64,000 bases of DNA from assembly GCA_016938065.1 (NCBI GenBank), contig JAFGVI010000026.1, forward strand, positions 13,904 through 77,903, read 5' to 3'. This DNA is from Deltaproteobacteria bacterium (GTDB lineage Bacteria; Desulfobacterota; Anaeroferrophillalia; Anaeroferrophillales; Tharpellaceae). Both the position numbers and the translations under genes were made by a program. The notes below the pieces were generated by a model, which did not search any database, was not told the DNA's origin, and saw nothing but the letters and a program-made list of their open reading frames with translations. Below are positions 27,689 to 37,410 of this stretch, piece by piece (the stretch's first letter is position 1; the number at the start of each line of letters is the position of its first letter).

Positions 27689-28564
27689 GTGAGTTTTCTG
27701 AAAAACTACTGTAAAGTTGCAGGCGCACTTCTTCTGTGGAGTACATGGGGGGTCCTAGTAAAAAGACTTCAGCTCGCACCCCACCATATTGTTTTTCTGA
27801 CAACTCTTTTTTCCCTGCCCACGATCCTGGTTTTAGCCGGCAGGAATCCGAGAACACTGCGCGATAATCTTTCCGGAGCTCGCCGGAATTACCCCTATCT
27901 TGTTCTTCTGGCTCTCAGCCTGCTCATCAATAATTACTTTTACTTTGCTGCGTTCAATCAGACTTCTATTGCGATTGCGGTTTTTTCACACTATACGGCA
28001 CCTCTTTTTGTTGCCTTGATGGCTCCATTTCTGATTGCGGAAAGGTTTGAGAAACGTCTTCTGCTTCCGCTTTTCATGGCATTATCGGGCCTCGCGCTGA
28101 TTCTTGCTCAGGACTGGCTTACCAATTTTTCGGCCGCTGATCTGAAAGGATCTTTTTATGGGGTTGCTTCCGGCCTGGCCTATGCCTTTACGCTTATCTT
28201 TGCTAAACGTTTAACCGCATATCTTACCCCTTTATCTCTAGCTTTCTGGCAGGGATTCTTCATTGTTGTCTTATTATTCCCTTTTTATATTTTAAGCCCT
28301 CCCTTATTTTTACCACAGTCAGCTTGGTTTCTGCTGGCTGGCATAGGTGTAACGCATTGTGCCTTGGCCCCAATGCTCTATCTCTCCGGTTTAAAACATA
28401 TTAAAGCCCAGCATGTGGCGGTTATCGGCTATATTGAGCCTTTGTCAGCGGTTTTACTCGGCCTCCTGCTGATGCATGAAGCTCCAGTCTGGTCGACCTG
28501 GCTAGGCGGTTCGGCAATACTTTTTTCCGGATTCATTATCACCAGCCAGAAAAAGACAATTTGA
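27689..28564 (+). CDS. DMT/EamA family transporter
   Basis: About ten hydrophobic segments; two EamA halves (YTAPLFVAL, YIEPLSA). Confidence 0.88.
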   Translation: MSFLKNYCKVAGALLLWSTWGVLVKRLQLAPHHIVFLTTLFSLPTILVLAGRNPRTLRDNLSGARRNYPYLVLLALSLLINNYFYFAAFNQTSIAIAVFSHYTAPLFVALMAPFLIAERFEKRLLLPLFMALSGLALILAQDWLTNFSAADLKGSFYGVASGLAYAFTLIFAKRLTAYLTPLSLAFWQGFFIVVLLFPFYILSPPLFLPQSAWFLLAGIGVTHCALAPMLYLSGLKHIKAQHVAVIGYIEPLSAVLLGLLLMHEAPVWSTWLGGSAILFSGFIITSQKKTI

Positions 28565-30318
28565 ATAATATGACTGTTAATAATAATTATTTCCGAATGT
28601 GGAAGATGCAGGAAGCGCCACCCGAACTGCACAGAAATTTTTGCGATGAACTCGGAATCTCTGCACTGCTCGCTTCAATTCTGATCAACCGTGGCTTTAA
28701 AGATACACAGAGCGCTCGTGACTTCCTTTATCCGTCGCTGCATAACCTCCCCAACCCTTTTCTCCTGTCAGGTATGGAAAAGGCCGTAGATCGCCTGATT
28801 CTCGCTTTTCGTCGTCAGGAAAAAGTTTTTGTTTTCGGCGATTATGATATGGATGGCATCTCGGCTACCGCAATTTTGGTAGATTACTTAAGACGCACCG
28901 GTTTTATTGTCGACTACTCCATTCCGTCACGACTTACCGATGGTTACGGCCTTAACCTTGAGGCGGTCAAAAAAGCAAAGTTATCAGGTGCTAATCTGGC
29001 CATAACCGTTGACTGCGGAATTTCTGACTACGAAGAAGTTGTCGCTGCCAATGCTCTCGGACTTGATATTATCCTGACCGACCATCATCAGATTCCGGAA
29101 AAAACACCTCCGGCATATGCCATAATCAATCCCCACCTTAAAGATTGTCAATATCCCGACAAGGTGCTGGCCGGAGTCGGGGTAGCCTTCAATCTGATGA
29201 TGGCCTTGCGCAAAAGTCTGCGCCAGGCCGGTTTGACTAAGGATGTAAACCTGCTTCAATACCTTGACCTGGTGGCTTTAGGCACGGTTGCCGATGTGAT
29301 GCCGTTAACTGGTGTAAACCGAATTTTTGTCAGTTTTGGTCTGGTTGAAATTAACAGATCCTATCGTCGCGGTCTGCGCGCGTTAATTAATTCCTGCCAT
29401 TTTCAGCAGGGTCAGACCATTAAAGCCCGTGATCTGGCCTTTCGGCTGGCACCGCGCGTCAATGCTGTCGGCCGTATCGCCAACGCCGCGACTGCAGTTG
29501 AACTTTTTCTGACTAAAGATCAAGCGGTGGCCGTCAGACAGGCCCAGTATCTTGAGGAGTGTAACGAACGTCGACGTGAGATCGAGAAAGCAATCAAGAA
29601 CGATGTCGAAGAGATGATTGGCCGGGATGAAGAGCTTATCAGGGCCAAAACTATTGTTCTGGCTGCTGAGAACTGGCACCCCGGAGTCGTTGGTATTGTC
29701 TCATCCCGAATAGCTGAAAGTTACGGTAAACCGACCATTCTGATCGCCCTGGAGAACGGCATCGGCCGCGGCTCCGGCCGCAGCATCGAGGGGTTGAATC
29801 TGGTTGCGGTGCTGGAACACTGCCAAACCCATCTGATTCGTTTCGGCGGCCATGAACAGGCCGTAGGCTTGACAGTTGCTGAAGAAAATATCGCAGATTT
29901 ACGCATGCACATCGAAAATTACATGAACAACTATGAGCCCATGCAGGAAACCATGCCTGACCTGCATATAGACGACACTCTCAATCCGGCTGCAGTCAAC
30001 CAGAAATTACTTGAAGAGCTGGAAATTCTGCAACCCCTGGGTCAGGGCAACCCGGAGCCTGTCTTTGCCATGCATGCAATGCAACTGGTCAAATCTACGA
30101 CCATCGGTCAAAATGGCCGTCGCCATATGAAATTTATCTTCAGCGATGAAAAAAATTGCCGCTTACCGGGCATCGCTTTCAATTTTTCCGGTGATTGCCC
30201 GGAAGGCGGCGCAAATGTCGATCTGGCCTTCACGCCAGAAGAAAATGTCTGGCAGGGTAAAACAGAAATCCGTCTCAACCTTGTAGCTCTGCGCTCAATC
30301 CGGCAAGGCGACGACTAA
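28561..30318 (+). CDS. recJ: Single-stranded-DNA-specific exonuclease RecJ
   Basis: GDYDMDG, TVDCG, TDHH, LGTVAD, GSGRS and FGGHEQAVG motifs. Confidence 0.97.
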   Translation: MNNMTVNNNYFRMWKMQEAPPELHRNFCDELGISALLASILINRGFKDTQSARDFLYPSLHNLPNPFLLSGMEKAVDRLILAFRRQEKVFVFGDYDMDGISATAILVDYLRRTGFIVDYSIPSRLTDGYGLNLEAVKKAKLSGANLAITVDCGISDYEEVVAANALGLDIILTDHHQIPEKTPPAYAIINPHLKDCQYPDKVLAGVGVAFNLMMALRKSLRQAGLTKDVNLLQYLDLVALGTVADVMPLTGVNRIFVSFGLVEINRSYRRGLRALINSCHFQQGQTIKARDLAFRLAPRVNAVGRIANAATAVELFLTKDQAVAVRQAQYLEECNERRREIEKAIKNDVEEMIGRDEELIRAKTIVLAAENWHPGVVGIVSSRIAESYGKPTILIALENGIGRGSGRSIEGLNLVAVLEHCQTHLIRFGGHEQAVGLTVAEENIADLRMHIENYMNNYEPMQETMPDLHIDDTLNPAAVNQKLLEELEILQPLGQGNPEPVFAMHAMQLVKSTTIGQNGRRHMKFIFSDEKNCRLPGIAFNFSGDCPEGGANVDLAFTPEENVWQGKTEIRLNLVALRSIRQGDD

Positions 30319-30845
30319 CGGTCATAGAAAGGGCTCTTGCTGGTTATTGAGAGCGGTATCGCATAGGCGATCTTCACATCCGCCGGCATCATGCCCAACT
30401 CAAGGACCGCTTTGCCGCAGGAGAACATGATGCGGTTGTCGATATGATGTAAAGCGGCAACCGAGGCGGCACTGCCCATGGCAATTCCCAGATCAATAAT
30501 ATTAAAGTTGCAGCGCCCCTCCCCCTCCCGCCGGCAGGCCTGGCAATCGCTGTAGCCGCAATCTCCACAGTGAGGTATGCCAAGAGGCTGGAATTTAGTA
30601 CCAACGACCAGAACCGCCGGGACCTGATAGATATTGTTGGCGTCACGCTGAAAAAAAGGTATATCTTCATCCACAGCTATCTTTTCCATCCTTTTGGCAA
30701 CCCGGTCTTTTTCATCCGCCGTCAACAGGATGGTCACAATCGTGTCAGCCCCCTTTCCTTTCGGAGCTGTCCTTGCCGCCGCAGCCATCAGACGAGCAAC
30801 CTCGAGAACCGCATCTTTTTCCAGATCCTTATCAAATGTAATCAT
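30315..30845 (-). CDS. DUF2148 ferredoxin-like domain protein
   Basis: AARTAPKGKG, FFQRDA, CGDCGY..C, DLGIAMGSA, DNRIMFS and KSPFYDR. Confidence 0.85.
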   Translation of the reverse strand: MITFDKDLEKDAVLEVARLMAAAARTAPKGKGADTIVTILLTADEKDRVAKRMEKIAVDEDIPFFQRDANNIYQVPAVLVVGTKFQPLGIPHCGDCGYSDCQACRREGEGRCNFNIIDLGIAMGSAASVAALHHIDNRIMFSCGKAVLELGMMPADVKIAYAIPLSITSKSPFYDR

Positions 30846-31016
30846 TTTTCTCCCTCGCAATTATTTTTATCGATCACCAACAAGAAAATTGTGGCAAAGA
30901 GACAATAAACATGATAATCGTTAATTAACATTTTTACAAGTGCTGTAATTTCACATGCAACTCTGTTGAGCATGAACACCTTTTACCTTTCGGTAAAAGC
31001 GTGGGGTTAATGGAAA

Positions 31017-31511
31017 ATGTCGCAATCGGCGCTCTGGGCTCCCTGGAGAATCAACTATATTCTGCATAAAAATATCGAGGAAGATGCAGCCTGCCTCTTC
31101 TGCCGGCTGCCTGAAGAAAAAGATGACCGCACAAACCTGATACTGCAGCGTACGCAGTTTAGTTATGTCCTCTTGAATCGTTATCCATACAGCAGCTGTC
31201 ATCTTCTGGTGGTGCCCTCTGTCCATGTTGCCGACCTCGATGAGCTGGAACAGGAACCTTATATCGATTTGATGCTGCTGCTCAAAAGGTCAATGAAAAA
31301 GTTGCAGGAAGCGCTACACCCGGCCGGCATCAACACCGGTCTGAATATGGGAGCCGCGGCCGGAGCCGGGATAGCGGCCCATCTGCATTTTCATATAGTT
31401 CCCCGCTGGTCCGGGGATCACAATTTTATGCCGGTGATCGCTGACACCATGGTAATGCCGCAACATCTTGATTCATCATATGAAATGCTGAAGCCTTTTT
31501 TCAGCACTTGA
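31017..31511 (+). CDS. HIT family nucleotide hydrolase
   Basis: LWAPWR..YI, C.FC, LNRYPY, AGAGIAAHLHFHIVPRW. Confidence 0.93.
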   Translation: MSQSALWAPWRINYILHKNIEEDAACLFCRLPEEKDDRTNLILQRTQFSYVLLNRYPYSSCHLLVVPSVHVADLDELEQEPYIDLMLLLKRSMKKLQEALHPAGINTGLNMGAAAGAGIAAHLHFHIVPRWSGDHNFMPVIADTMVMPQHLDSSYEMLKPFFST

Positions 31512-31545
31512 TTAACTTTTTTGTTTTGTAGAGAGGATTGTTCTG

Positions 31546-31905
31546 ATGCGCTACCTTAAAATTGCTCTAATTCTGATTTTCCTGCTGCTGGCCCTGGTTT
31601 TTATTTTTCAAAACAGTGCGGCTTTATCTGTAGCCGTAGACTTGAAATATGGGGTCGGAGAGTATGTTCTGCATAAATCACCGCCTCTTTATATCGTGAT
31701 TTTTTGCGCACTTTTTCTCGGTGTCATAATGGTTGCCGCGTTTGATATTATAATCATTTTTAAAAATCGCCGCCTGCTGAAGAAACAGAAAAAGAGTATC
31801 AGTGAGCTTGAAAGTGAGCTGGCAAAATTTCGTAATCAGCCGCTAACCGACAACGGCGTTACGGCTGATGCTGCGGCTGTAGCTTCTCCGGCCAGTGAAG
31901 CCTAA
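31546..31905 (+). CDS. lapA: Lipopolysaccharide assembly protein LapA family
   Basis: TM-F..QN-TM-basic coiled tail; directly upstream of a lapB-like gene. Confidence 0.75.
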   Translation: MRYLKIALILIFLLLALVFIFQNSAALSVAVDLKYGVGEYVLHKSPPLYIVIFCALFLGVIMVAAFDIIIIFKNRRLLKKQKKSISELESELAKFRNQPLTDNGVTADAAAVASPASEA

Positions 31906-31957
31906 ATTAAACCACTTCAGTCGGTCATTAATTTAAAGTAAGTTAGTAAAATCCTGC

Positions 31958-33184
31958 ATGCCTTTATCCACTCTGCTATCTGTAGCTCTGCTCTCTCTGC
32001 TGTGTTTGATTTTTCTTTTTTGGGGACTGAAAAGGCTGTTCGCCTTTCGCTGCTACTGTTTTCCGAAATCAAAAATTAATAAAATTCCTCAGGTCGTCAA
32101 GGCGGCAGAAGAGTTGACTGAAAAGTCGGCTCTTCTGCGCACCTATTTCAAAGGACTTTCTTATGTTATCGCCAATGAAACCGACAAGGCTGTAGCGGAG
32201 TTTGTTAAAGTCGCTCGGATTGACACCACCACGGCGGAAATCTATCTGGCTTTAGGACAGCTTTTTCGAAACTCCGGTGAAATGGAACGGGCCATTCGCG
32301 TACATCGCGATATTCTGCTGCGACCCAACCTGCCTGACGACGTGCGTCGACAAACATTCTTCGAGATTGGTCTGGATTACAAACGGGCTGGATTATTTGA
32401 CCGGGCCTGTCGGGCTTTTGAAGAAATTTTGGCCCGGGATCCAGAAAATCCCGGAGCCCGCAAGGAACTGTCATCACTTTACATAAGCCTGCGGGAGTGG
32501 GAAAAAGCTCTCGCACTTCATAAAGCCGATCCCTCTTCTGAAAACAAAATCAATCTCATTGCCCATTTAACCACCGAGGTCGGCAAAGCGGCTGAAATTT
32601 CGGGAGACAGGAAAAAGGCACTTAAGTTTTTTCTTGAAGCCTTAGCGCTTGATGATAATTGCATTGATGCCTGGCTTCATTATGGAGATTTTTTACAGAG
32701 TGACAACCAGATACCTGAGACCCTGGCGGCCTGGGAAAAAGCCTTCACCCTGAATCCTGACTTTGTCGGGCTTGTTACCAGCCGTTTTTCCACTCTATCT
32801 GAAAACCTCAGAGATACAGTTGAAGCTGAGTTCTTCATGCGCCATTTGGAAGAGTATGGCTCGAAGAAAAAGTTCAACCTTGCCTATATCGGCTGGCTGA
32901 TCAAGGCAGGTCGTCTGCACGATGCCGGCCAGCGTCTGGAACGGGTCATGCGTGAAAAAAGCGGTGATGCGGAAGTTTTTTCCCTGGTCAGACACTTGTT
33001 GCAGAAGTTGCGTTCTTCCTCTGAAACAGAGCATAAACTTTACGACTCACTCGTCAGCAATTTTTTTTCCACCCAACTGCGCTTCGAGAAAGCCTATCGT
33101 TGCCGGAAATGTGGTTTTCAAGTTGATGAAATGGCCTGGCAATGTCCGCGCTGTGCAACCTGGGACTCTATTGCAGTTCGTTAG
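31958..33184 (+). CDS. lapB: LapB/YciM-like TPR protein with C-terminal rubredoxin-type metal site
   Basis: YFKGL.Y, LALG.LFR..GE.ERAIRVH, DY.RAGLFDRA and YRCRKCG...WQCPRC..W. Confidence 0.85.
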   Translation: MPLSTLLSVALLSLLCLIFLFWGLKRLFAFRCYCFPKSKINKIPQVVKAAEELTEKSALLRTYFKGLSYVIANETDKAVAEFVKVARIDTTTAEIYLALGQLFRNSGEMERAIRVHRDILLRPNLPDDVRRQTFFEIGLDYKRAGLFDRACRAFEEILARDPENPGARKELSSLYISLREWEKALALHKADPSSENKINLIAHLTTEVGKAAEISGDRKKALKFFLEALALDDNCIDAWLHYGDFLQSDNQIPETLAAWEKAFTLNPDFVGLVTSRFSTLSENLRDTVEAEFFMRHLEEYGSKKKFNLAYIGWLIKAGRLHDAGQRLERVMREKSGDAEVFSLVRHLLQKLRSSSETEHKLYDSLVSNFFSTQLRFEKAYRCRKCGFQVDEMAWQCPRCATWDSIAVR

Positions 33185-33220
33185 CATAAAGTCACGGGAA
33201 CTTATTTTAACCTGGGCTTC

Positions 33221-33246
33221 CCTATGAATTTCGCCTATGAATTTCG
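33221..33246. repeat. 13-bp tandem duplication (CCTATGAATTTCG)x2 spanning the start codon
   Basis: Two exact copies. Confidence 0.9.
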
Positions 33247-33638
33247 AAGATAATTTACGTGGCTTTTATCGCTGCAATATTCAGCTTCCTTTCTCTTTTT
33301 CGATAATCAGGGATAAAGAAGTTATCGGACCCTATCTCGGCCGTACTCTCAATTTAGGGGGGGGAGGAATGTATTTTGCGACAAGCTGCCCTCTGCTTCA
33401 GCCCGGCACCCTGATTCTGGCTGAGTTCCAGTCTGCCAACTGTGAAGAAACCCTGCCCGAAGGAATGCCTCCAGGAGACTTCATGGCTCGAGTGATACGG
33501 GAAGAGCCAGGTGCTGATGACCCAAACAGAGAAAAGCGTTATTGTTTAGCCGTTGAGTTTAAGTTTCCTCACAAAGCCAGTAAAAATGATATTGTGGCTT
33601 TTCTTAATCGTTACGAAGCACATCGCAAAAGTTTTTGA
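33237..33638 (+). CDS. PilZ domain protein
   Basis: RGFYR (RxxxR), NLGGGG (degenerate D/NxSxxG) and AVEF. Confidence 0.7.
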   Translation: MNFEDNLRGFYRCNIQLPFSFSIIRDKEVIGPYLGRTLNLGGGGMYFATSCPLLQPGTLILAEFQSANCEETLPEGMPPGDFMARVIREEPGADDPNREKRYCLAVEFKFPHKASKNDIVAFLNRYEAHRKSF

Positions 33639-33674
33639 CTACGAGCATCCGCCGTCGATCTCTGCAGAAAAATA

Positions 33675-34139
33675 CTAGGGCAGACCTCGATATTTAAGCT
33701 GCAGCCCATTAAGAAAATTGCGCAGGATCTGATCCAGACAGTCGCGATAATGTCTATGCCCGGGCTTGCGGAAGAATGCACTGAGCTCATGTTTGCTGAT
33801 ATTAACTTTAGACTGCCTCATGATTTCAACAATGTCATCAGCTTTCAGATCCAGGGCAATTTTTAATTTTCTGAAAATTATATTATTGTTCAGCTCTGAT
33901 TCAGGAGCAACCGACACCCCCTCTTGTTTCCCCCGCAAATCACTGATCAGACCGTTCAGAAAAAAGGAAAGATCCGTGTCGCTGCACTTTTCAAAGGCCG
34001 GATCATCATCTTTTCTCAACCAGTTACTTATCTGTTCCCGGCTTATCTGCTGCCCGGTAAGAGCAAAGACTGCAACCATCTTAGCGTCCTTGAAATCGAA
34101 GATATAGCGAATCCGGCGCAATAAATCATTATTGGTCAT
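33675..34139 (-). CDS. DUF1456 (YehS) family protein
   Basis: MTNNDLLRRIRYIFD, NNNIIFRKLKIAL and SKHELSAFFRKP.H.HYR.C.DQ.LRNFL. Confidence 0.9.
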   Translation of the reverse strand: MTNNDLLRRIRYIFDFKDAKMVAVFALTGQQISREQISNWLRKDDDPAFEKCSDTDLSFFLNGLISDLRGKQEGVSVAPESELNNNIIFRKLKIALDLKADDIVEIMRQSKVNISKHELSAFFRKPGHRHYRDCLDQILRNFLNGLQLKYRGLP

Positions 34140-34161
34140 ACAACTCTCCGCAATAAGTGTT

Positions 34162-35085
34162 TCAGGCCGGATTTTTTTCCAGCGAACCGATGAAATCAAC
34201 CACTCTTTTACAGCCCTGACGGTCGAGGTAGTTCTCAATACCGGCGACGATCAAAGCCGCACTCTGCGGATTGATGAAACTGGCCGTACCTATTTCAACA
34301 GCGGTAGCTCCGGCCAGCAGAAACTCTAAGGCGTCACGCTGATTAACGATGCCGCCGATACCGATAACCGGTACCGATACCGCACTTGCTACCTGATAGA
34401 CCATACGCAGGGCTACCGGTTTAATAGCCGGACCGGAGAGCCCGCCGGTTGTATTTCCCAGAATCGGTTTTTTTCGGTCAAGATCAATCGCCATACCCAT
34501 CAGGGTATTGATCAATGACAAAGCATCGCTGCCGGCCTCTACCACCGCCTGTGCGATTGCAACAATGTCGCTGACATTGGGAGAAAGTTTAGTGATCAGG
34601 GGCAGCGAGGTTGCTTGACGCACCGCGGCCACCAGTTTGGCGGCGGCCGCAGGATCAGTGCCGAACTGAATACCTCCGGCTTTGACATTAGGACAGGAGA
34701 TGTTGATTTCAAGAGCGGAAATTCCTTCAACCCCATCCAGCCGCGCCGCCAAGGCAGCATAATCAGCTTGCTCTTGGCCGAAGATATTGACAATAACCAC
34801 GGCTCCGAGTTTTCGCAAAAGCGGGAGTTCCATCGATAGAAACTGTTCTATGCCGATATTTTCCAGGCCGATCGCATTGAGCATCCCGCAGGCAGTCTCA
34901 GTGATTCTGATCCCCGGATTGCCGGTTTTCGGTTCCAGGGACAAGCCTTTAGTGATAATCCCCCCCAGTTTCGCTATATCAAAATAGGGGGCATACTCGC
35001 GACCATATCCAAAAGTACCGGAAGCGGTCAGAACCGGATTTTTCAGAATCAGTCCCGGAGCTATCTCAACCGTTAGATCTACCAT
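34162..35085 (-). CDS. pyrD: Dihydroorotate dehydrogenase 1B, catalytic subunit
   Basis: ASGTFG, NAIGLEN, NISCPN, KLSPN, GGLSGPAIKP and IGIGGI motifs. Confidence 0.96.
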   Translation of the reverse strand: MVDLTVEIAPGLILKNPVLTASGTFGYGREYAPYFDIAKLGGIITKGLSLEPKTGNPGIRITETACGMLNAIGLENIGIEQFLSMELPLLRKLGAVVIVNIFGQEQADYAALAARLDGVEGISALEINISCPNVKAGGIQFGTDPAAAAKLVAAVRQATSLPLITKLSPNVSDIVAIAQAVVEAGSDALSLINTLMGMAIDLDRKKPILGNTTGGLSGPAIKPVALRMVYQVASAVSVPVIGIGGIVNQRDALEFLLAGATAVEIGTASFINPQSAALIVAGIENYLDRQGCKRVVDFIGSLEKNPA

Positions 35086-35933
35086 CAGAAAATCACCTTC
35101 CGGGCCGGGAAAACCGGACCCTGAGTGCAGACTTTTGCTGTTTCAACACCACCCGCACCGGTTTCAGCAAAGACGGTCTGCACACACCCGAGGCAGACCC
35201 CGAAACCGCAGGCCATGCGATTTTCAAGACTCAGATAACCTTCATTACCACCCGTTTGTAAAATTTTTTGCACGCTTTTCAGCATTGCTTCCGGTCCGCA
35301 GGCGAAAATGCGCGCCTGGGAATTATTGAGCAGTTCTGCAGCCAGTATCTGAGTCACCAGACCATGGCGACCGCAACTGCCATCGTCGGTAATCGTTTTG
35401 ATCCGCAGGCCGAGAGCAACAGCGGCCGTAAGTTCATTCAGCAGAATCAATTCGGCATAACTGGCCGCTCCATAAAAGAGGAAGGTTTCAGTCAGAGACT
35501 GATTCGAATCAAGAGCCGAGAAGATGTACGAGGCAATCGAGGCGATACCCATACCACCGGCGACCAAAAAGAGAGGGCTCACCTCACCTTCTTCCGTCTT
35601 CTGCTGTGGATAGCCGTTACCTAACGGCCCGTGCACGGCCACCGAACCGCCTTTTTCGAGTTGACACAGTTGTGCACTTCCTCTACCCACGTTTTTAATG
35701 ACCACCTCAAACCACTCTTCATGCCAGCGACAAAGGCCGAACGGTCTGCGCAGCAGAGGATCAAAAAGGCTATTGTCTATACCCAGCATGACAAAGCGGC
35801 CCGGTTTTGCCGCACGGCAGAAATCTTTGCCTGATTTAAGTCGCAGACGAAAGATACCCTGAGACAGTTTCTGTTTATCGATTATTTCCGCATTAAAAAG
35901 AAACAATGTCCAGCACCTTATCCCCGCCATCAA
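35085..35933 (-). CDS. pyrK: Dihydroorotate dehydrogenase electron transfer subunit
   Basis: LRRPF, GPLGNG, AGGMG, ACGP and MACGFGVCLGC...VC..GPVF; true start possibly ~35906. Confidence 0.93.
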   Translation of the reverse strand: MMAGIRCWTLFLFNAEIIDKQKLSQGIFRLRLKSGKDFCRAAKPGRFVMLGIDNSLFDPLLRRPFGLCRWHEEWFEVVIKNVGRGSAQLCQLEKGGSVAVHGPLGNGYPQQKTEEGEVSPLFLVAGGMGIASIASYIFSALDSNQSLTETFLFYGAASYAELILLNELTAAVALGLRIKTITDDGSCGRHGLVTQILAAELLNNSQARIFACGPEAMLKSVQKILQTGGNEGYLSLENRMACGFGVCLGCVQTVFAETGAGGVETAKVCTQGPVFPARKVIF

Positions 35934-36192
35934 TAAATTTCAGGCCAAATGTCATCTGTTCATCAGGATTGCGTCTGGCCCATATCATTTCAGCCTGATA
36001 TTCACTAATCCTGCCATTTTTTTCAGTTAACCTGAGCGTAGCTTTGACCGGCACCTGCGTGGTGATGCGCAAACCACCATCGGAGATATCGATAGTTTCG
36101 GCGGTAACGATATCAGCATCAACAAAAAACTCAACCTGCGCTTTTATTCCGACCCGGGGAAACTGCCTTCTGCTCTCAGTTTTTTTATCCAT
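35893..36192 (-). CDS. PilZ domain protein
   Basis: RRQFPR, DISDGG and GLKF motifs intact. Confidence 0.88.
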   Translation of the reverse strand: MDKKTESRRQFPRVGIKAQVEFFVDADIVTAETIDISDGGLRITTQVPVKATLRLTEKNGRISEYQAEMIWARRNPDEQMTFGLKFIDGGDKVLDIVSF

Positions 36193-36265
36193 GTTGAACC
36201 TTATTCATTAATATTTATCAGCTTGAAGAGCGACAACCCGTTACATGGGTTTATTTCATCTTGAG

Positions 36266-36299
36266 ACCGTTTCTTCACCTTAACCGTTTCTTCACCTTA
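36266..36299. repeat. 17-bp tandem duplication (ACCGTTTCTTCACCTTA)x2
   Basis: Two exact copies in the divergent promoter region. Confidence 0.9.
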
Positions 36300-36430
36300 T
36301 ATGTAGATATTCATTAATGATGCAAGAAGAAAATCGGCGAAGTCAGATGCGGCTGAGCAAATAATTGGACATTTAAAAGCCAAAGTGCTATTATTCCCAA
36401 CGCCGAAAATCAAACAGCTGTCTATGGAGG

Positions 36431-36904
36431 ATGGAGATGAGATTAAGCACACTGGTTCTGACAATTTTTTTCCTGCTGGGATCCCTGACATCTTTTGCTC
36501 TGGATGCCCCTTCCGGGTTGATCCATGTTACCAAAGCTGACCCGACTACCGATCGTAAACCTTCCATTTTCATTCACTCCAAGCACGATCAGTACAAGTG
36601 CGAACTATGTCACCATACCTGGGACGGTGCCGGCGAAATCGAAAAATGTGCTTCCTGTCATCCGATTTTCCGTCACACTCAGCATCTGGATCAGAAATGT
36701 GATAATTGTCATGGAAGCTGGGAGATGTCGCGAGACATCAAAGAGTGCGGAGATTGTCATGCCGGTAATGATAAAGGAGGAACGCCCAATATAATCAGGG
36801 TATCCCATCGGGCTTTATGTAAACGCTGCCACCGAGAACTGGAAAAAGAGAACAAACCGACGGGTCCGACAACCCCCTGTACATCCTGTCACCGGGAAGA
36901 TTAG
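36431..36904 (+). CDS. Periplasmic cytochrome c3-like protein with six heme motifs
   Basis: Signal peptide; CELCH, CASCH, CDNCH, CGDCH, CKRCH, CTSCH; c3-like F.H..H and GPT..C..CH. Confidence 0.92.
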   Translation: MEMRLSTLVLTIFFLLGSLTSFALDAPSGLIHVTKADPTTDRKPSIFIHSKHDQYKCELCHHTWDGAGEIEKCASCHPIFRHTQHLDQKCDNCHGSWEMSRDIKECGDCHAGNDKGGTPNIIRVSHRALCKRCHRELEKENKPTGPTTPCTSCHRED

Positions 36905-36940
36905 CGCCTGATAGGATCGCTTTGGATTGCCCCCCGGCAT

Positions 36941-37384
36941 TTACAGATTAATCTGCAAGAGCAAGGCGGCGTTGGTATTGTTATCGTAGTATCCCGGACG
37001 ACGACCGCTAAGTATAAATCCCATTTTTTCGTACAGAGCTATAGCCTTGAGGTTCTTTTCAGAGACCTCAAGGTGAACGGTGGTCACCATAGCCTGTCGC
37101 AACCCCTGCAGACTTTCCCTCAGCAGAGTCCATGCCATCCCTCGCCGCCGTAATTGCGGAGAAACCGCAACCTTTAAAAGTTCAGCTTCCGGCGCAAATA
37201 TTTTACAGCAGCTGTACGCGCCAACCTCAGTCCGGCCGGGAAATCTACCAACAAGAGTAAGTGTCAAGGGATCGCAAAGTGTCGCCGCGAGGCTTGCTTC
37301 ACTCCAGGGAGAGCTAAATGAGACCTGCTCTATCGTCAATATCTGAGGAAGATCTTTTATAGTCGCTTTAGTGAAGGTTAACAA
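36941..37384 (-). CDS. rimI: Ribosomal protein N-acetyltransferase (GNAT)
   Basis: IEQ.SF..PWS, LEV...N..AIALYEK.GF and R.GYY; likely TTG start after GAGGA. Confidence 0.85.
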   Translation of the reverse strand: MLTFTKATIKDLPQILTIEQVSFSSPWSEASLAATLCDPLTLTLVGRFPGRTEVGAYSCCKIFAPEAELLKVAVSPQLRRRGMAWTLLRESLQGLRQAMVTTVHLEVSEKNLKAIALYEKMGFILSGRRPGYYDNNTNAALLLQINL

Positions 37385-37410
37385 GCTCTTCCTCAATGTC
37401 TGATAAAACC

